A DNA stretch of 64,000 bases from Escherichia coli (GTDB taxonomy: Bacteria; Pseudomonadota; Gammaproteobacteria; Enterobacterales; Enterobacteriaceae). Below the pieces are notes generated by a model. The model was not told where the DNA came from. It was given only the letters and a program-made list of their open reading frames with translations, and searched no databases. Made by a program: the position numbers and the translations under genes. This document shows, piece after piece, positions 1-9,525 of the stretch (its first letter is position 1; the number at the start of each line of letters is the position of its first letter). Where the stretch lies: the NCBI RefSeq assembly GCF_048403405.1, contig NZ_CP183129.1, one strand, 5' to 3'.

Positions 1-920
1 CATACCGCCTCCAGCCGGATACCGTTATCGGCACCGTACTCTGTACCGGTGGGCAGCGTGTCGGGGAAAAACTGAGAAGAGGAAACAGAACGGGGACTGG
101 CCGGAGAAGATAAAGAAGACTCGCGCTGTTTACGGAAGGCTTTCGCCCGCTGCGCCTGTGTGGTCAGCGCCAGATGAAAACGGCGGCCCGCGCCGTCCGT
201 CACCCCCGTCACCGCGCCCGCCGCTTCCCCCTCTGCCGCCCGGTGGAAGGCCAGCGTCCGCCCGAAGCCGTCCACCACGCCCGTCAGCACCCGGTATGCG
301 GGCGGCTCCGGCGGCAGCACCTCGTCCGCCTCCGGCACCCGCTCCGGCCAGCCGAGTATCCACCACGGCCCCTGAAGGCTGTTTGTCGCCAGGTACACAT
401 GCGGGCTTAAGCGGAGACTCTCCGGCAGCACCTGCCAGAGCGCGCTTAGCGGCTGCGAACTGTGCTGCTCCGCCACCCCGCCCCTTGCCAGCCAGAACGA
501 CTCGCTGCGGCTGTAGCTTATCTCGCCGGGAAACAGCGGCTCAAAGTGAATGCTCCTGCCGCCACTGTCGTTGAGTATCAGTTCCCGCTCATGAACCTGT
601 AAGCGGATATCGAAGGGCGCTTTCCAGCCGGGACCAAACACCCCCACCGGCGCGGGTGTCCTGGTCCGGTAGCTGCTGTAGGCGCGGGAAAGAATAAACG
701 GCAACGGGCCGGGCAGCGCAAGATCCGTCTCGCCCGGCAGCACCTTCGCACCCAGTAGCGGGTTCACCGGGTTACCCTTCTGCTCCTCCACCGGGCTGTT
801 GGGACACACCGAGCAGGCCACTCCCGTCGGCGCACCTATCAGCACCCCCGCTGAACCCTGCACAATATCCAGTCCCTTGCGGGTCATATCGCCCTGTCGC
901 GCCGCCGGTTTTCCGCTCAT
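1..920 (-). CDS. Rhs family protein, N-terminal part (partial; continues beyond window start)
   Basis: Minus-strand frame opens with ATG at 918-920 and has no stop to position 1; translation MSGKPAARQGDM...GSAGVLIGAPTGVACSVC...NPVNPLLGAKVLPGETDLALPGPLPFILSRAY is the conserved Rhs N-terminus; GC-rich. Not in ORF track because it runs off the edge. Confidence 0.8.
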   Translation of the reverse strand, partial: MSGKPAARQGDMTRKGLDIVQGSAGVLIGAPTGVACSVCPNSPVEEQKGNPVNPLLGAKVLPGETDLALPGPLPFILSRAYSSYRTRTPAPVGVFGPGWKAPFDIRLQVHERELILNDSGGRSIHFEPLFPGEISYSRSESFWLARGGVAEQHSSQPLSALWQVLPESLRLSPHVYLATNSLQGPWWILGWPERVPEADEVLPPEPPAYRVLTGVVDGFGRTLAFHRAAEGEAAGAVTGVTDGAGRRFHLALTTQAQRAKAFRKQRESSLSSPASPRSVSSSQFFPDTLPTGTEYGADNGIRLEAV

Positions 921-1341
921 GGTTTATTCCTTAAATTATTTATGGTTTTATTCTGAGTGCAATCCATACTGATTCATAACCAGTGAATAAGATTTCCCCG
1001 AATAATCTATATAAATTAGCGAAGTCCTCTTCACTAATTAACCGTAAAATCCCGTACCAATGAAATATAAAAATAACCACCCACACAAATTTATTGCAAA
1101 TATTATTTATTATTGTATATACATCATTCACTGAACGTTCTCAAACTGCATACCTTAGAACCATCAATTAAAGCCACAACAAAAAAAATCGATTACTTTA
1201 TGTCGCATGACAAATATGAATTACATATTAATCAACCTTAAAAACAATCATCTCTTATAATTAACAGCATACCATGAGAAACACAAAATCAATTTACCAT
1301 GCATACCAGGAGCATAATTAACCTCTCACCGCAGGGCGAAA

Positions 1342-2478
1342 TCATGAAGGCCCGCAGCCAGCAAGGATTAGAGAAAGGTATTCATTCTTACGTCCTGCCC
1401 GCTTTTGCTTGCGTTTAATACCCGCTTTAAAGCTATTCTCTGCGGTCAGTAAATTCATCGCGATATGTCGACAAACTGCCAGATTTTCTCCCGCTTCTCC
1501 ACGAACAATCTGGCATTCATCTTCCCGCATCCCCATATCAAGTCGCCAGTGCAGTTGATTTTCTACCGACCAGTGTGCTCGTGTTGCTTCCAGGAGTTCT
1601 TTCGCCGTAAGCGTCACCGAACTTATGTAGTAGCGAAGAATACACTTCTCTGATTTCACCGCTGTTTCTCCTTCCTGTCTGCTCGCCAGCACTATTCCTA
1701 TCGTGCTCAGCTCTGACCATTCATAAGCTAAATCACCCAGAGCGGTTAAATCATGGCTCACAATGCAGCATCGTGTATCTTCCCGTCCATGCCCTTTTTC
1801 CTGCGTGCTGTAACTGTCATACCTCTCACCCAGCCACATTGTCGGCGAGTACCCGTTATCAAACGCCTCCGCTAATTTTCCCTGATTTCCTTTCAGCGCC
1901 AGCAGGTAACCGGCTTTCTTTTTCAGAATTTCACGGGCGATTATATGCTGGCAACCCATTGCATCCAGCGTGACCAGACACCCTTTTAATTCCAGCAACT
2001 GGAGCCGTTCCGGGATCGCCGTTATCTCATTCGATTTTGCCCCTGTTTTCACCTGCCCCAAAACCAGACGATTTTCTGCGCTAAAAGCACTGACCCTATG
2101 GATCACGGCATTACGTTTCGATTTATCGTAAGTACCCCGTAATGACTTACCATCAATCGCCACAACAGAGCCTTCAGACAACGTGTGACAGTCCTTCATC
2201 TACTGGATAAAAAGGGGCTGTAATTGTTTTGCTGAAATCATTCCCATCACTCGGGCAATCGTGTGATGGGAGGGGGTGCCATTTTCAAAATCACCATACA
2301 GGCGTAACCATTCCAGATGCTCCTCACCAAAATCAGCAATTTCTTCCCATCCTTCAGCGCCACCGATAATGGCGGTGATCGTCAGAAAAAGGATATCCGC
2401 CAGGCTGTAACTGGTTTTCCAGGACTGGCGATAATCGTGAATAATTGAAATTTGATCCAAAAGGCTTAGTCCGTTCAT
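1342..2478 (-). pseudogene. ISAs1-family (H-repeat-associated) transposase interrupted by in-frame amber codon
   Basis: Track ORFs 2200..2478 (92 aa) and 1342..2199 (285 aa) are in the same frame, separated only by TAG at 2200-2202; the stop sits where H-rpt homologues have Trp (..FI[NQ]WMRDCH..), so TGG->TAG. Confidence 0.8.
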
Positions 2479-2888
2479 GGTGTGCTATCCATCAAAAAGA
2501 AAGGATAAGATCACACTGAAATAAGATGGTCAAATTGATCGAAAAAAAGATCAACATGATGGGTTTTACGATAAAAGTAATGTCGCGATTTAAAAATTCA
2601 TCATTCACCAAAGTCTTGTGGGGCGCGGGCTTTCATGCTTTTTCCCTGATACGCTACCGCTCTGCCCTGATAACATGATCTGCACGGCGCTATCATATCG
2701 ACATATTTCTCTACATGCGAAAGGATGTTTTATTTTCGGATTATATTAAATTGATATTTCATATAAAAAACGAGATTACATAAATCATATAAATAATTGT
2801 ACCAACTTTAATTACCATTCATAGCAAACAAATGGATGTCCAGTTAACTACGCCAGTGATTTATTAACATTAATCTCCGGCATTATTG

Positions 2889-3495
2889 TTAAATAATGGC
2901 ATTCCTTTTTAGTATTTCTTGTAACGTTGGTATCGGACATACAGCATCAGCAATCGCACTGATATTCGCGGCATTATCTTGAAACCATTCATGCCCCGGT
3001 CCCCATATGCGCATAACGCAGAGATAAGGGTAGCTGATCGCCAAACGCATAAGGTTCAGCAGTGAGCTACGAATTCAACCAGATATAAAACGATTTTCGA
3101 TATTCAATAACATTCTTCTTTAACTGTTCGGGTGCGTCAGGAGCCCAACGCTCAGGGTAATCGGCGAAAGTGAATGTTGGATAGACATTAGCAACCAGCC
3201 AGACCAATAGCCGTTGAAACTGCTGACGTTCGGCGCGCCCAACCGGTGGCGCAAGGTCCGGGCGACGATCGAGAACCATCAATGCAATCGCCGCTGTCTC
3301 CGTCATAATCTCGTCATTTTCCAGCGCCAGTGTCGGAATCTGACACAACGGGTTCAGGGTTTTCAATAACTCGCGTGAGGTTCCCTCGTGGTCAAAACCA
3401 CTGACATCAACGAACTGATAAGGAATATCAGCCAGTGTTAGCATCAGCTCACTGATTGTAGAGCCCCATCCGGGTACGCCATACACCTTAATCAT
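2889..3495 (-). pseudogene. yncG: glutathione S-transferase-like protein YncG, disrupted (nonsense plus frameshift)
   Basis: ORF 3067..3495 gives GST N-domain MIKVYGVPGWGSTISELMLTLADIPYQF... then TAG at 3067-3069 where K-12 has Gln; downstream LTAEPYAFG..WGPGHEWFQDN..LKRNAII still readable but needs a frame change. Confidence 0.75.
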
Positions 3496-3761
3496 ATGCC
3501 CCTCACAATCTTTTAAAGATTAAGTGTAGGACAGTACACAGGTTAACCAGCAAAAGGATTTGTCATTTTTTCGTCAGTTGTATTATTCCCCTTCAGGATT
3601 GTAAGGGGATGTTTTGCATCGTTTATCGATAACGGGTAGGATGCTGCGCCGATAGTTTTATACCCATAAAGAATAATGGTGATAACTATCATCGCCAGGA
3701 TGAATAAACATTGTTCATGGCAACTTATATGACTTTTTCATTAAAGCAATCAGGGAGAGCA

Positions 3762-5261
3762 ATGAGTAAACACGACACCGACACTTCAGATCAACACGCC
3801 GCGAAACGCCGCTGGCTTAATGCCCACGAAGAGGGGTATCACAAAGCGATGGGCAATCGCCAGGTACAGATGATCGCCATTGGCGGCGCGATTGGTACGG
3901 GTTTGTTTTTAGGCGCGGGAGCCCGACTGCAAATGGCGGGGCCAGCACTGGCACTGGTCTATTTGATCTGCGGCCTGTTTTCATTTTTTATTCTGCGTGC
4001 ATTGGGTGAGCTGGTGTTACACCGCCCTTCCAGTGGCAGTTTTGTCTCTTATGCCCGTGAGTTTTTAGGAGAGAAAGCCGCTTACGTTGCAGGCTGGATG
4101 TACTTCATCAACTGGGCGATGACGGGGATTGTCGATATTACCGCCGTCGCTCTGTATATGCATTACTGGGGTGCGTTTGGCGGCGTGCCGCAGTGGGTCT
4201 TTGCGCTCGCTGCGCTGACCATCGTTGGCACCATGAATATGATCGGTGTGAAATGGTTTGCCGAGATGGAGTTCTGGTTTGCGCTTATTAAAGTGCTCGC
4301 CATTGTTACCTTTTTGGTCGTGGGTACAGTGTTCCTCGGTAGTGGTCAGCCGCTGGATGGCAACACCACTGGTTTTCATTTAATTACCGATAACGGCGGC
4401 TTCTTCCCCCACGGTTTGCTGCCTGCGCTGGTGTTGATTCAGGGCGTAGTGTTTGCTTTTGCCTCCATTGAAATGGTGGGTACAGCTGCCGGAGAATGTA
4501 AAGATCCGCAGACCATGGTGCCTAAAGCCATTAACAGTGTGATTTGGCGTATTGGCCTGTTTTACGTCGGCTCCGTGGTGTTGCTGGTTATGTTATTGCC
4601 GTGGAGCGCATATCAGGCGGGGCAAAGTCCGTTCGTGACGTTTTTCTCTAAACTGGGTGTGCCATATATCGGCAGCATTATGAACATTGTGGTGCTGACC
4701 GCTGCCCTCTCCAGCCTGAACTCAGGTCTGTACTGCACCGGACGTATTCTGCGCTCAATGGCGATGGGCGGTTCCGCACCGAGTTTTATGGCGAAAATGA
4801 GTCGTCAGCATGTGCCGTATGCCGGGATTCTGGCGACACTGGTTGTGTATGTCGTCGGCGTATTCCTCAACTATCTGGTGCCGTCGCGCGTATTTGAGAT
4901 TGTGTTGAACTTCGCGTCGCTGGGAATCATCGCCTCATGGGCGTTTATCATCGTGTGCCAGATGCGCCTGCGTAAAGCGATTAAAGAAGGCAAAGCCGCG
5001 GATGTCAGTTTTAAACTGCCTGGCGCGCCCTTCACTTCCTGGCTGACATTACTGTTTTTGCTGAGCGTCCTGGTGCTGATGGCGTTCGATTACCCGAACG
5101 GGACTTATACCATCGCGGCGCTGCCGATTATCGGTATTCTGCTGGTTATAGGCTGGTTTGGTGTGCGCAAACGCGTTGCTGAAATTCACAGCACTGCGCC
5201 AGTCGTCGAGGAAGATGAAGAACAACAGGAAATTGTGTTTAAGCCTGAAACGGCGAGTTAA
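3762..5261 (+). CDS. ansP: L-asparagine permease (APC family)
   Basis: Track ORF 3711..5261; start trimmed to ATG 3762 (MSKHDTDTSDQHAAKRRW..), 499 aa; multi-pass membrane protein with amino-acid permease motifs; position next to yncE. Confidence 0.93.
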   Translation: MSKHDTDTSDQHAAKRRWLNAHEEGYHKAMGNRQVQMIAIGGAIGTGLFLGAGARLQMAGPALALVYLICGLFSFFILRALGELVLHRPSSGSFVSYAREFLGEKAAYVAGWMYFINWAMTGIVDITAVALYMHYWGAFGGVPQWVFALAALTIVGTMNMIGVKWFAEMEFWFALIKVLAIVTFLVVGTVFLGSGQPLDGNTTGFHLITDNGGFFPHGLLPALVLIQGVVFAFASIEMVGTAAGECKDPQTMVPKAINSVIWRIGLFYVGSVVLLVMLLPWSAYQAGQSPFVTFFSKLGVPYIGSIMNIVVLTAALSSLNSGLYCTGRILRSMAMGGSAPSFMAKMSRQHVPYAGILATLVVYVVGVFLNYLVPSRVFEIVLNFASLGIIASWAFIIVCQMRLRKAIKEGKAADVSFKLPGAPFTSWLTLLFLLSVLVLMAFDYPNGTYTIAALPIIGILLVIGWFGVRKRVAEIHSTAPVVEEDEEQQEIVFKPETAS

Positions 5262-5269
5262 TTGCAAAA

Positions 5270-5292
5270 TTGCCCGGCTACGTGCCGGGCAA
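5270..5292. terminator. bidirectional hairpin terminator between convergent ansP and yncE
   Basis: Inverted repeat GCCCGGC-tacgt-GCCGGGC between the two stop codons. Confidence 0.55.
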
Positions 5293-5373
5293 ATTCAAAT
5301 TACTGACGAAGGTGCCGGATACGGCGTGATAAAAGTCAGGCAAGTCTCACCGTTTTCACCCTCGCCATATCTA

Positions 5374-6435
5374 TTACAGCGCAATACGAATCACATCATC
5401 CGGCTGGGTTGCTTCCTGCTGTTTAGTGGATTTTTGTTTCACACTGACATACAGCGTTTTACCATCGGCAGACAGCGCCAGGCTGTTCGGATGAGTCGGC
5501 GTATCGAACGTTTTCACCACTTTATAGCTTTTCGCGTCAATCACACTGACTTTACCTGCCTGACGATGCGTTACGTAGGCTTCATTACGCGCCGGGTTAA
5601 ACAGCACAGCCAGTGATTCCGGTGCCGCAACCTTCGCCAGAATATTGCCATTACGGGTATCGACCACTAACACTTCTGCGGCTTTAGAATCGGTGATAAA
5701 TGCACGCTGCCTGGCGGTATCAAGGCTAATGTTGATAAAGAAGTGCTCTTTGCCGTCATCCAGCAGCTTTTTACGGCTGAGGATTTTATTGTCGGCGGTG
5801 TCGATGGTAATCAATTCGCCGTCAGCGTTAGTGGTGTAAAGACGTTTGCCTTTGCTATCCAGCGCCAGACCGGTACTCATTTTACCGGTGTTCTGGATGG
5901 CGGTTTTCAGTTTGATATTCTCGCCATCAACGACCCAAATCACGCTCTCTTTACCAATACCACTGATGTAAACGGTGTTCGTGGCATCATCAGCTACCAG
6001 CTCACGCGGTTGCAGCGGGCGCACCTCTTCCGTGCGCTTACGATCATCCAGCACCAGACGGCCTTTCACTTCGCCCGTTTTGGCATCTATCGCCGTGACC
6101 GCGCTGTTTACAGTGTTACCAAACCACAACGTCTGAGTCGTGTTATTGATGGTGGCACCAAACGGCTTGAGATCGTTATGGATCGCCTGCGTCACTTCCA
6201 GAGTAACCGGATCAAGACGATAAACCACGCCGCCTTTATCCAGTTTGCGGCTTTGCGAAGTGGCGAGCCACAGCGCGTTCTCCTGCTGGCTATAAGCCAT
6301 TTCGTAGGCACCTTTACCTACCGCTTTACGCAGCATTTCTTCTGCAGCCTGCGTACTGAATGATGAAGCAACAAGCAATGAACCTAACAGTAATGAACCA
6401 CGCAGGCGCGATGAAAACAGATGACGTAAATGCAT
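5374..6435 (-). CDS. yncE: periplasmic beta-propeller protein YncE
   Basis: 353 aa ORF with N-terminal signal peptide (MHLRHLFSSRLRGSLLLGSLLVASSFSTQA) and repeated propeller-like segments; K-12 synteny. Confidence 0.9.
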   Translation of the reverse strand: MHLRHLFSSRLRGSLLLGSLLVASSFSTQAAEEMLRKAVGKGAYEMAYSQQENALWLATSQSRKLDKGGVVYRLDPVTLEVTQAIHNDLKPFGATINNTTQTLWFGNTVNSAVTAIDAKTGEVKGRLVLDDRKRTEEVRPLQPRELVADDATNTVYISGIGKESVIWVVDGENIKLKTAIQNTGKMSTGLALDSKGKRLYTTNADGELITIDTADNKILSRKKLLDDGKEHFFINISLDTARQRAFITDSKAAEVLVVDTRNGNILAKVAAPESLAVLFNPARNEAYVTHRQAGKVSVIDAKSYKVVKTFDTPTHPNSLALSADGKTLYVSVKQKSTKQQEATQPDDVIRIAL

Positions 6436-6522
6436 GACGACTCCCTTTGATGAACCGATATTTTTGCTGCTTCACAATGCTTCGCTAAGCGTAATCATCG
6501 TTACGCTCTTGTTATAAATGGG

Positions 6523-6541
6523 AATGGTAATCATTATTTTC
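6523..6541. promoter_or_regulatory. putative Fur box in yncE/yncD divergent promoter region
   Basis: GGGAATGGTAATCATTATT matches 15 of 19 positions of Fur consensus GATAATGATAATCATTATC; sits between a periplasmic protein gene and a TonB-dependent receptor gene. Confidence 0.4.
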
Positions 6542-6676
6542 TCAAATGTGGAGCATTTCTTGCCGTTACGACTACAATTTTCTCAATTACTTAACGTATC
6601 GTGCCGTTTCGTTTTCCATATATTTACAATTTTATTACCATGGCGGCGTTTTCCCATTCTTAACTTGGCTTTTTTC

Positions 6677-8779
6677 ATGAAGATTTTTTCCGTCCGACAG
6701 ACCGTTTTGCCCGCACTGCTTGTCCTTTCCCCCGTTGTTTTTGCCGCTGATGAACAGACCATGATTGTCAGTGCCGCACCGCAGGTGGTTTCAGAACTGG
6801 ATACCCCAGCAGCCGTGAGCGTGGTGGATGGCGAGGAGATGCGCCTGGCAACACCGCGCATTAACTTGTCCGAATCACTGACCAGCGTGCCTGGTTTGCA
6901 GGTACAAAACCGGCAGAACTATGCGCAAGATTTACAGCTGTCGATTCGCGGATTTGGCTCCCGCTCCACTTACGGAATTCGCGGTATTCGCCTGTATGTG
7001 GACGGTATTCCCGCCACCATGCCCGACGGACAAGGGCAAACATCCAACATCGATTTAAGCAGTGTACAAAATGTGGAAGTGCTGCGCGGCCCCTTCTCTG
7101 CTCTGTATGGCAACGCGTCTGGCGGTGTAATGAATGTCATCACCCAGACCGGACAACAGCCACCAACCATTGAAGCCAGTAGTTACTACGGCAGTTTTGG
7201 CAGCTGGCGCTATGGGCTGAAAGCAACAGGCGCAATGGGCGACGGCACTCAGCCTGGCGATGTCGATTACACCGTCTCAACCACGCGCTTTACGACCCAC
7301 GGCTATCGTGATCATAGTGGCGCACAGAAAAATTTAGCCAATGCCAAACTGGGCGTACGCATTGATGACGCCAGCAAATTAAGCCTGATTTTCAATAGTG
7401 TGGATATCAAAGCAGATGACCCAGGTGGGCTAACCGAAGCAGAATGGAAGGCGAATCCGCAACAAGCGCCACGCGCTGAACAGTACGACACGCGAAAAAC
7501 CATCAAGCAAACTCAGGCTGGGTTGCGCTATGAACGTAGCCTGAGCGCACAAGATGATATGAGTGTGATGATGTATGCCGGGGAGCGAGAAACGACCCAG
7601 TACCAGTCAATCCCGATGGCACCACAACTTAACCCGTCGCATGCGGGCGGCGTGATTACTCTGCAACGCCATTATCAGGGGATAGACAGCCGCTGGACAC
7701 ACCGTGGCGAGCTGGGCGTTCCGCTCACGTTCACTACCGGCCTGAACTACGAAAACATGAGTGAAAATCGCAAAGGCTACAATAACTTCCGCCTGAATAG
7801 CGGCGTGCCGGAATACGGGCAAAAAGGTGAGTTGCGCCGTGACGAACGCAATCTGATGTGGAACGTCGATCCCTATTTGCAGACACAGTGGCAGCTGAGC
7901 GAAAAACTGTCGCTGGATGCTGGCGTGCGCTACAGCTCCGTATGGTTTGATTCCAACGACCATTACGTTACTTCGGGTAACGGCGATGACAGCGGTGATG
8001 CCAGTTATCACAAATGGCTACCTGCCGGTTCGTTAAAATATGCAATGACCGATGCCTGGAATATCTATCTGGCAGCCGGGCGAGGTTTTGAAACGCCGAC
8101 GATTAATGAGCTGTCTTATCGTGCTGACGGTCAAAGCGGTATGAACTTTGGTTTAAAACCATCCACCAACGATACAATTGAGATCGGCAGTAAAACGCGT
8201 ATTGGTGATGGGCTGCTTAGTCTCGCATTGTTCCAGACCGACACCGATGATGAAATTGTAGTCGATAGCAGTAGCGGTGGGCGTACGACTTACAAAAATG
8301 CCGGAAAGACCCGTCGTCAAGGCGCTGAGCTGGCATGGGATCAACGTTTCGCGGGAGATTTTCGTGTAAAAGCGTCCTGGACCTGGCTCGATGCGACCTA
8401 TCGCAGCAATGTTTGCAATGAACAGGATTGTAACGGTAATCGGATGCCAGGGATCGCCCGTAATATGGGCTTTGCGTCGATAGGTTATGTACCGGAGGAT
8501 GGCTGGTATGCAGGTACGGAAGCGCGTTATATGGGCGATATTATGGCAGATGATGAAAATACGGCCAAAGCGCCGTCTTATACTCTCGTCGGCTTATTCA
8601 CCGGGTATAAATACAATTACCACAATTTAACTGTGGATTTATTTGGTCGTGTCGATAATTTATTCGATAAAGAATACGTTGGTTCTGTCATTGTCAATGA
8701 GTCAAACGGGCGATATTACGAACCTGCGCCCGGGCGAAATTATGGTGTCGGCATGAATATTGCATGGCGATTTGAGTAA
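6677..8779 (+). CDS. yncD: TonB-dependent outer membrane receptor YncD
   Basis: Track ORF 6518..8779; start trimmed to ATG 6677 (MKIFSVRQTVLPALLVLSPVVFA signal peptide), 700 aa; C-terminal ..AWRFE with terminal aromatic residue typical of beta-barrels. Confidence 0.9.
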   Translation: MKIFSVRQTVLPALLVLSPVVFAADEQTMIVSAAPQVVSELDTPAAVSVVDGEEMRLATPRINLSESLTSVPGLQVQNRQNYAQDLQLSIRGFGSRSTYGIRGIRLYVDGIPATMPDGQGQTSNIDLSSVQNVEVLRGPFSALYGNASGGVMNVITQTGQQPPTIEASSYYGSFGSWRYGLKATGAMGDGTQPGDVDYTVSTTRFTTHGYRDHSGAQKNLANAKLGVRIDDASKLSLIFNSVDIKADDPGGLTEAEWKANPQQAPRAEQYDTRKTIKQTQAGLRYERSLSAQDDMSVMMYAGERETTQYQSIPMAPQLNPSHAGGVITLQRHYQGIDSRWTHRGELGVPLTFTTGLNYENMSENRKGYNNFRLNSGVPEYGQKGELRRDERNLMWNVDPYLQTQWQLSEKLSLDAGVRYSSVWFDSNDHYVTSGNGDDSGDASYHKWLPAGSLKYAMTDAWNIYLAAGRGFETPTINELSYRADGQSGMNFGLKPSTNDTIEIGSKTRIGDGLLSLALFQTDTDDEIVVDSSSGGRTTYKNAGKTRRQGAELAWDQRFAGDFRVKASWTWLDATYRSNVCNEQDCNGNRMPGIARNMGFASIGYVPEDGWYAGTEARYMGDIMADDENTAKAPSYTLVGLFTGYKYNYHNLTVDLFGRVDNLFDKEYVGSVIVNESNGRYYEPAPGRNYGVGMNIAWRFE

Positions 8780-8786
8780 TTACCTT

Positions 8787-8810
8787 GATGCCCGGTATTT
8801 GCCGGGCATT
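8787..8810 (+). terminator. hairpin downstream of yncD stop (could alternatively be the IS200 left subterminal hairpin)
   Basis: GCCCGG-tattt-GCCGGGC followed by ATTTAATT. Confidence 0.4.
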
Positions 8811-8883
8811 TAATTGTGCACAGAAAACCCCCAGCTAGGCTGGGGGTTCCGGAAAGCTTTCAGCTTTAAGCCAGTTATTAAAA

Positions 8884-8952
8884 CCCCTTTTGATTTGTTA
8901 AAACACCTTGCGGTCTGGCAACTGCAAGTGTCAAACAAGAAATCAAAAGGGG
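8884..8952 (+). promoter_or_regulatory. RBS-sequestering stem-loop of IS200 tnpA
   Basis: CCCCTTTTGATTT (8884-8896) is the exact reverse complement of AAATCAAAAGGGG (8940-8952); the right arm covers the AAGGGGG Shine-Dalgarno 7 nt before ATG 8959. Confidence 0.7.
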
Positions 8953-8958
8953 GTCCCA

Positions 8959-9417
8959 ATGGGGAACGAAAAGAGCTTAGCGCACACCCGATGGAACTGT
9001 AAATATCACATAGTTTTTGCGCCAAAATACCGAAGACAGGTGTTCTACAGAGAGAAGCGTAGAGCAATAGGCAGTATTTTGAGAAAGCTGTGTGAGTGGA
9101 AAAGTGTACGGATTCTGGAAGCTGAATGCTGTGCAGATCATATCCATATGCTTGTGGAGATCCCGCCCAAAATGAGCGTATCCGGCTTTATGGGATATCT
9201 GAAAGGGAAAAGCAGTCTGATGCTTTACGAGCAGTTTGGTGATTTGAAATTCAAATACAGGAACAGGGAGTTCTGGTGCAGAGGGTACTACGTCGATACG
9301 GTGGGTAAGAACACGGCGAAGATACAGGATTACATAAAGCACCAGCTTGAAGAGGATAAAATGGGAGAGCAGTTATCGATTCCCTATCCGGGCAGCCCGT
9401 TTACGGGCCGTAAGTAA
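8959..9417 (+). CDS. tnpA: IS200 transposase TnpA (Y1 HUH transposase)
   Basis: Track ORF 8908..9417 trimmed to ATG 8959: MGNEKSLAHTRWNCKYHIVFAPKYRR...; HxH motif (HIHML) and catalytic Tyr region (RGYYVDTVG); 152 aa. Confidence 0.9.
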   Translation: MGNEKSLAHTRWNCKYHIVFAPKYRRQVFYREKRRAIGSILRKLCEWKSVRILEAECCADHIHMLVEIPPKMSVSGFMGYLKGKSSLMLYEQFGDLKFKYRNREFWCRGYYVDTVGKNTAKIQDYIKHQLEEDKMGEQLSIPYPGSPFTGRK

Positions 9418-9498
9418 CGAAGTTGGATGCAAATGTCAGATCGTGTGCGCCTGTTAGGGCGCGGCTGGTAAGAGAGCCTTATAGGCGCATTTGAAAAA

Positions 9499-9517
9499 CC
9501 TCCGGCTATGCCGGAGG
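9499..9517 (-). terminator. rho-independent terminator of mcbR
   Basis: CCTCCGGC-ata-GCCGGAGG followed on the minus strand by TTTTTC, 9 nt past the mcbR stop. Confidence 0.6.
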
Positions 9518-9525
9518 ATATTTAT

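Larger units (their letters stand above)
8811..9495 (+). mobile_element. IS200-type insertion sequence (IS200/IS605 family); ends approximate
   Basis: Contains a Y1 transposase gene, a perfect palindrome CCCCCAGC-tag-GCTGGGGG at 8828-8846, and a long-range stem (8884-8896 with 8940-8952) burying the tnpA Shine-Dalgarno; as I recall K-12 has no IS here. Confidence 0.75.

Noticed and set aside
130-574. Track ORFs 130..366(-), 158..574(+), 174..410(+) in the first 600 bp
   Set aside because: They lie inside or antisense to the Rhs core frame in very GC-rich DNA and are low-complexity (Pro/Arg/Gly/Ala-rich); the Rhs frame explains the region.
2555-2674. 39-codon plus-strand ORF (MMGFTIKVMSRFKN..) in the yncG / H-rpt spacer
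   Set aside because: No Shine-Dalgarno; may be a remnant of yncH or chance; cannot be supported from sequence alone.
5743-6363. 206-aa plus-strand ORF
   Set aside because: Antisense to yncE, which has a signal peptide and conserved product; no start context.
8977-9342. 121-aa minus-strand ORF
   Set aside because: Antisense to the IS200 transposase gene.
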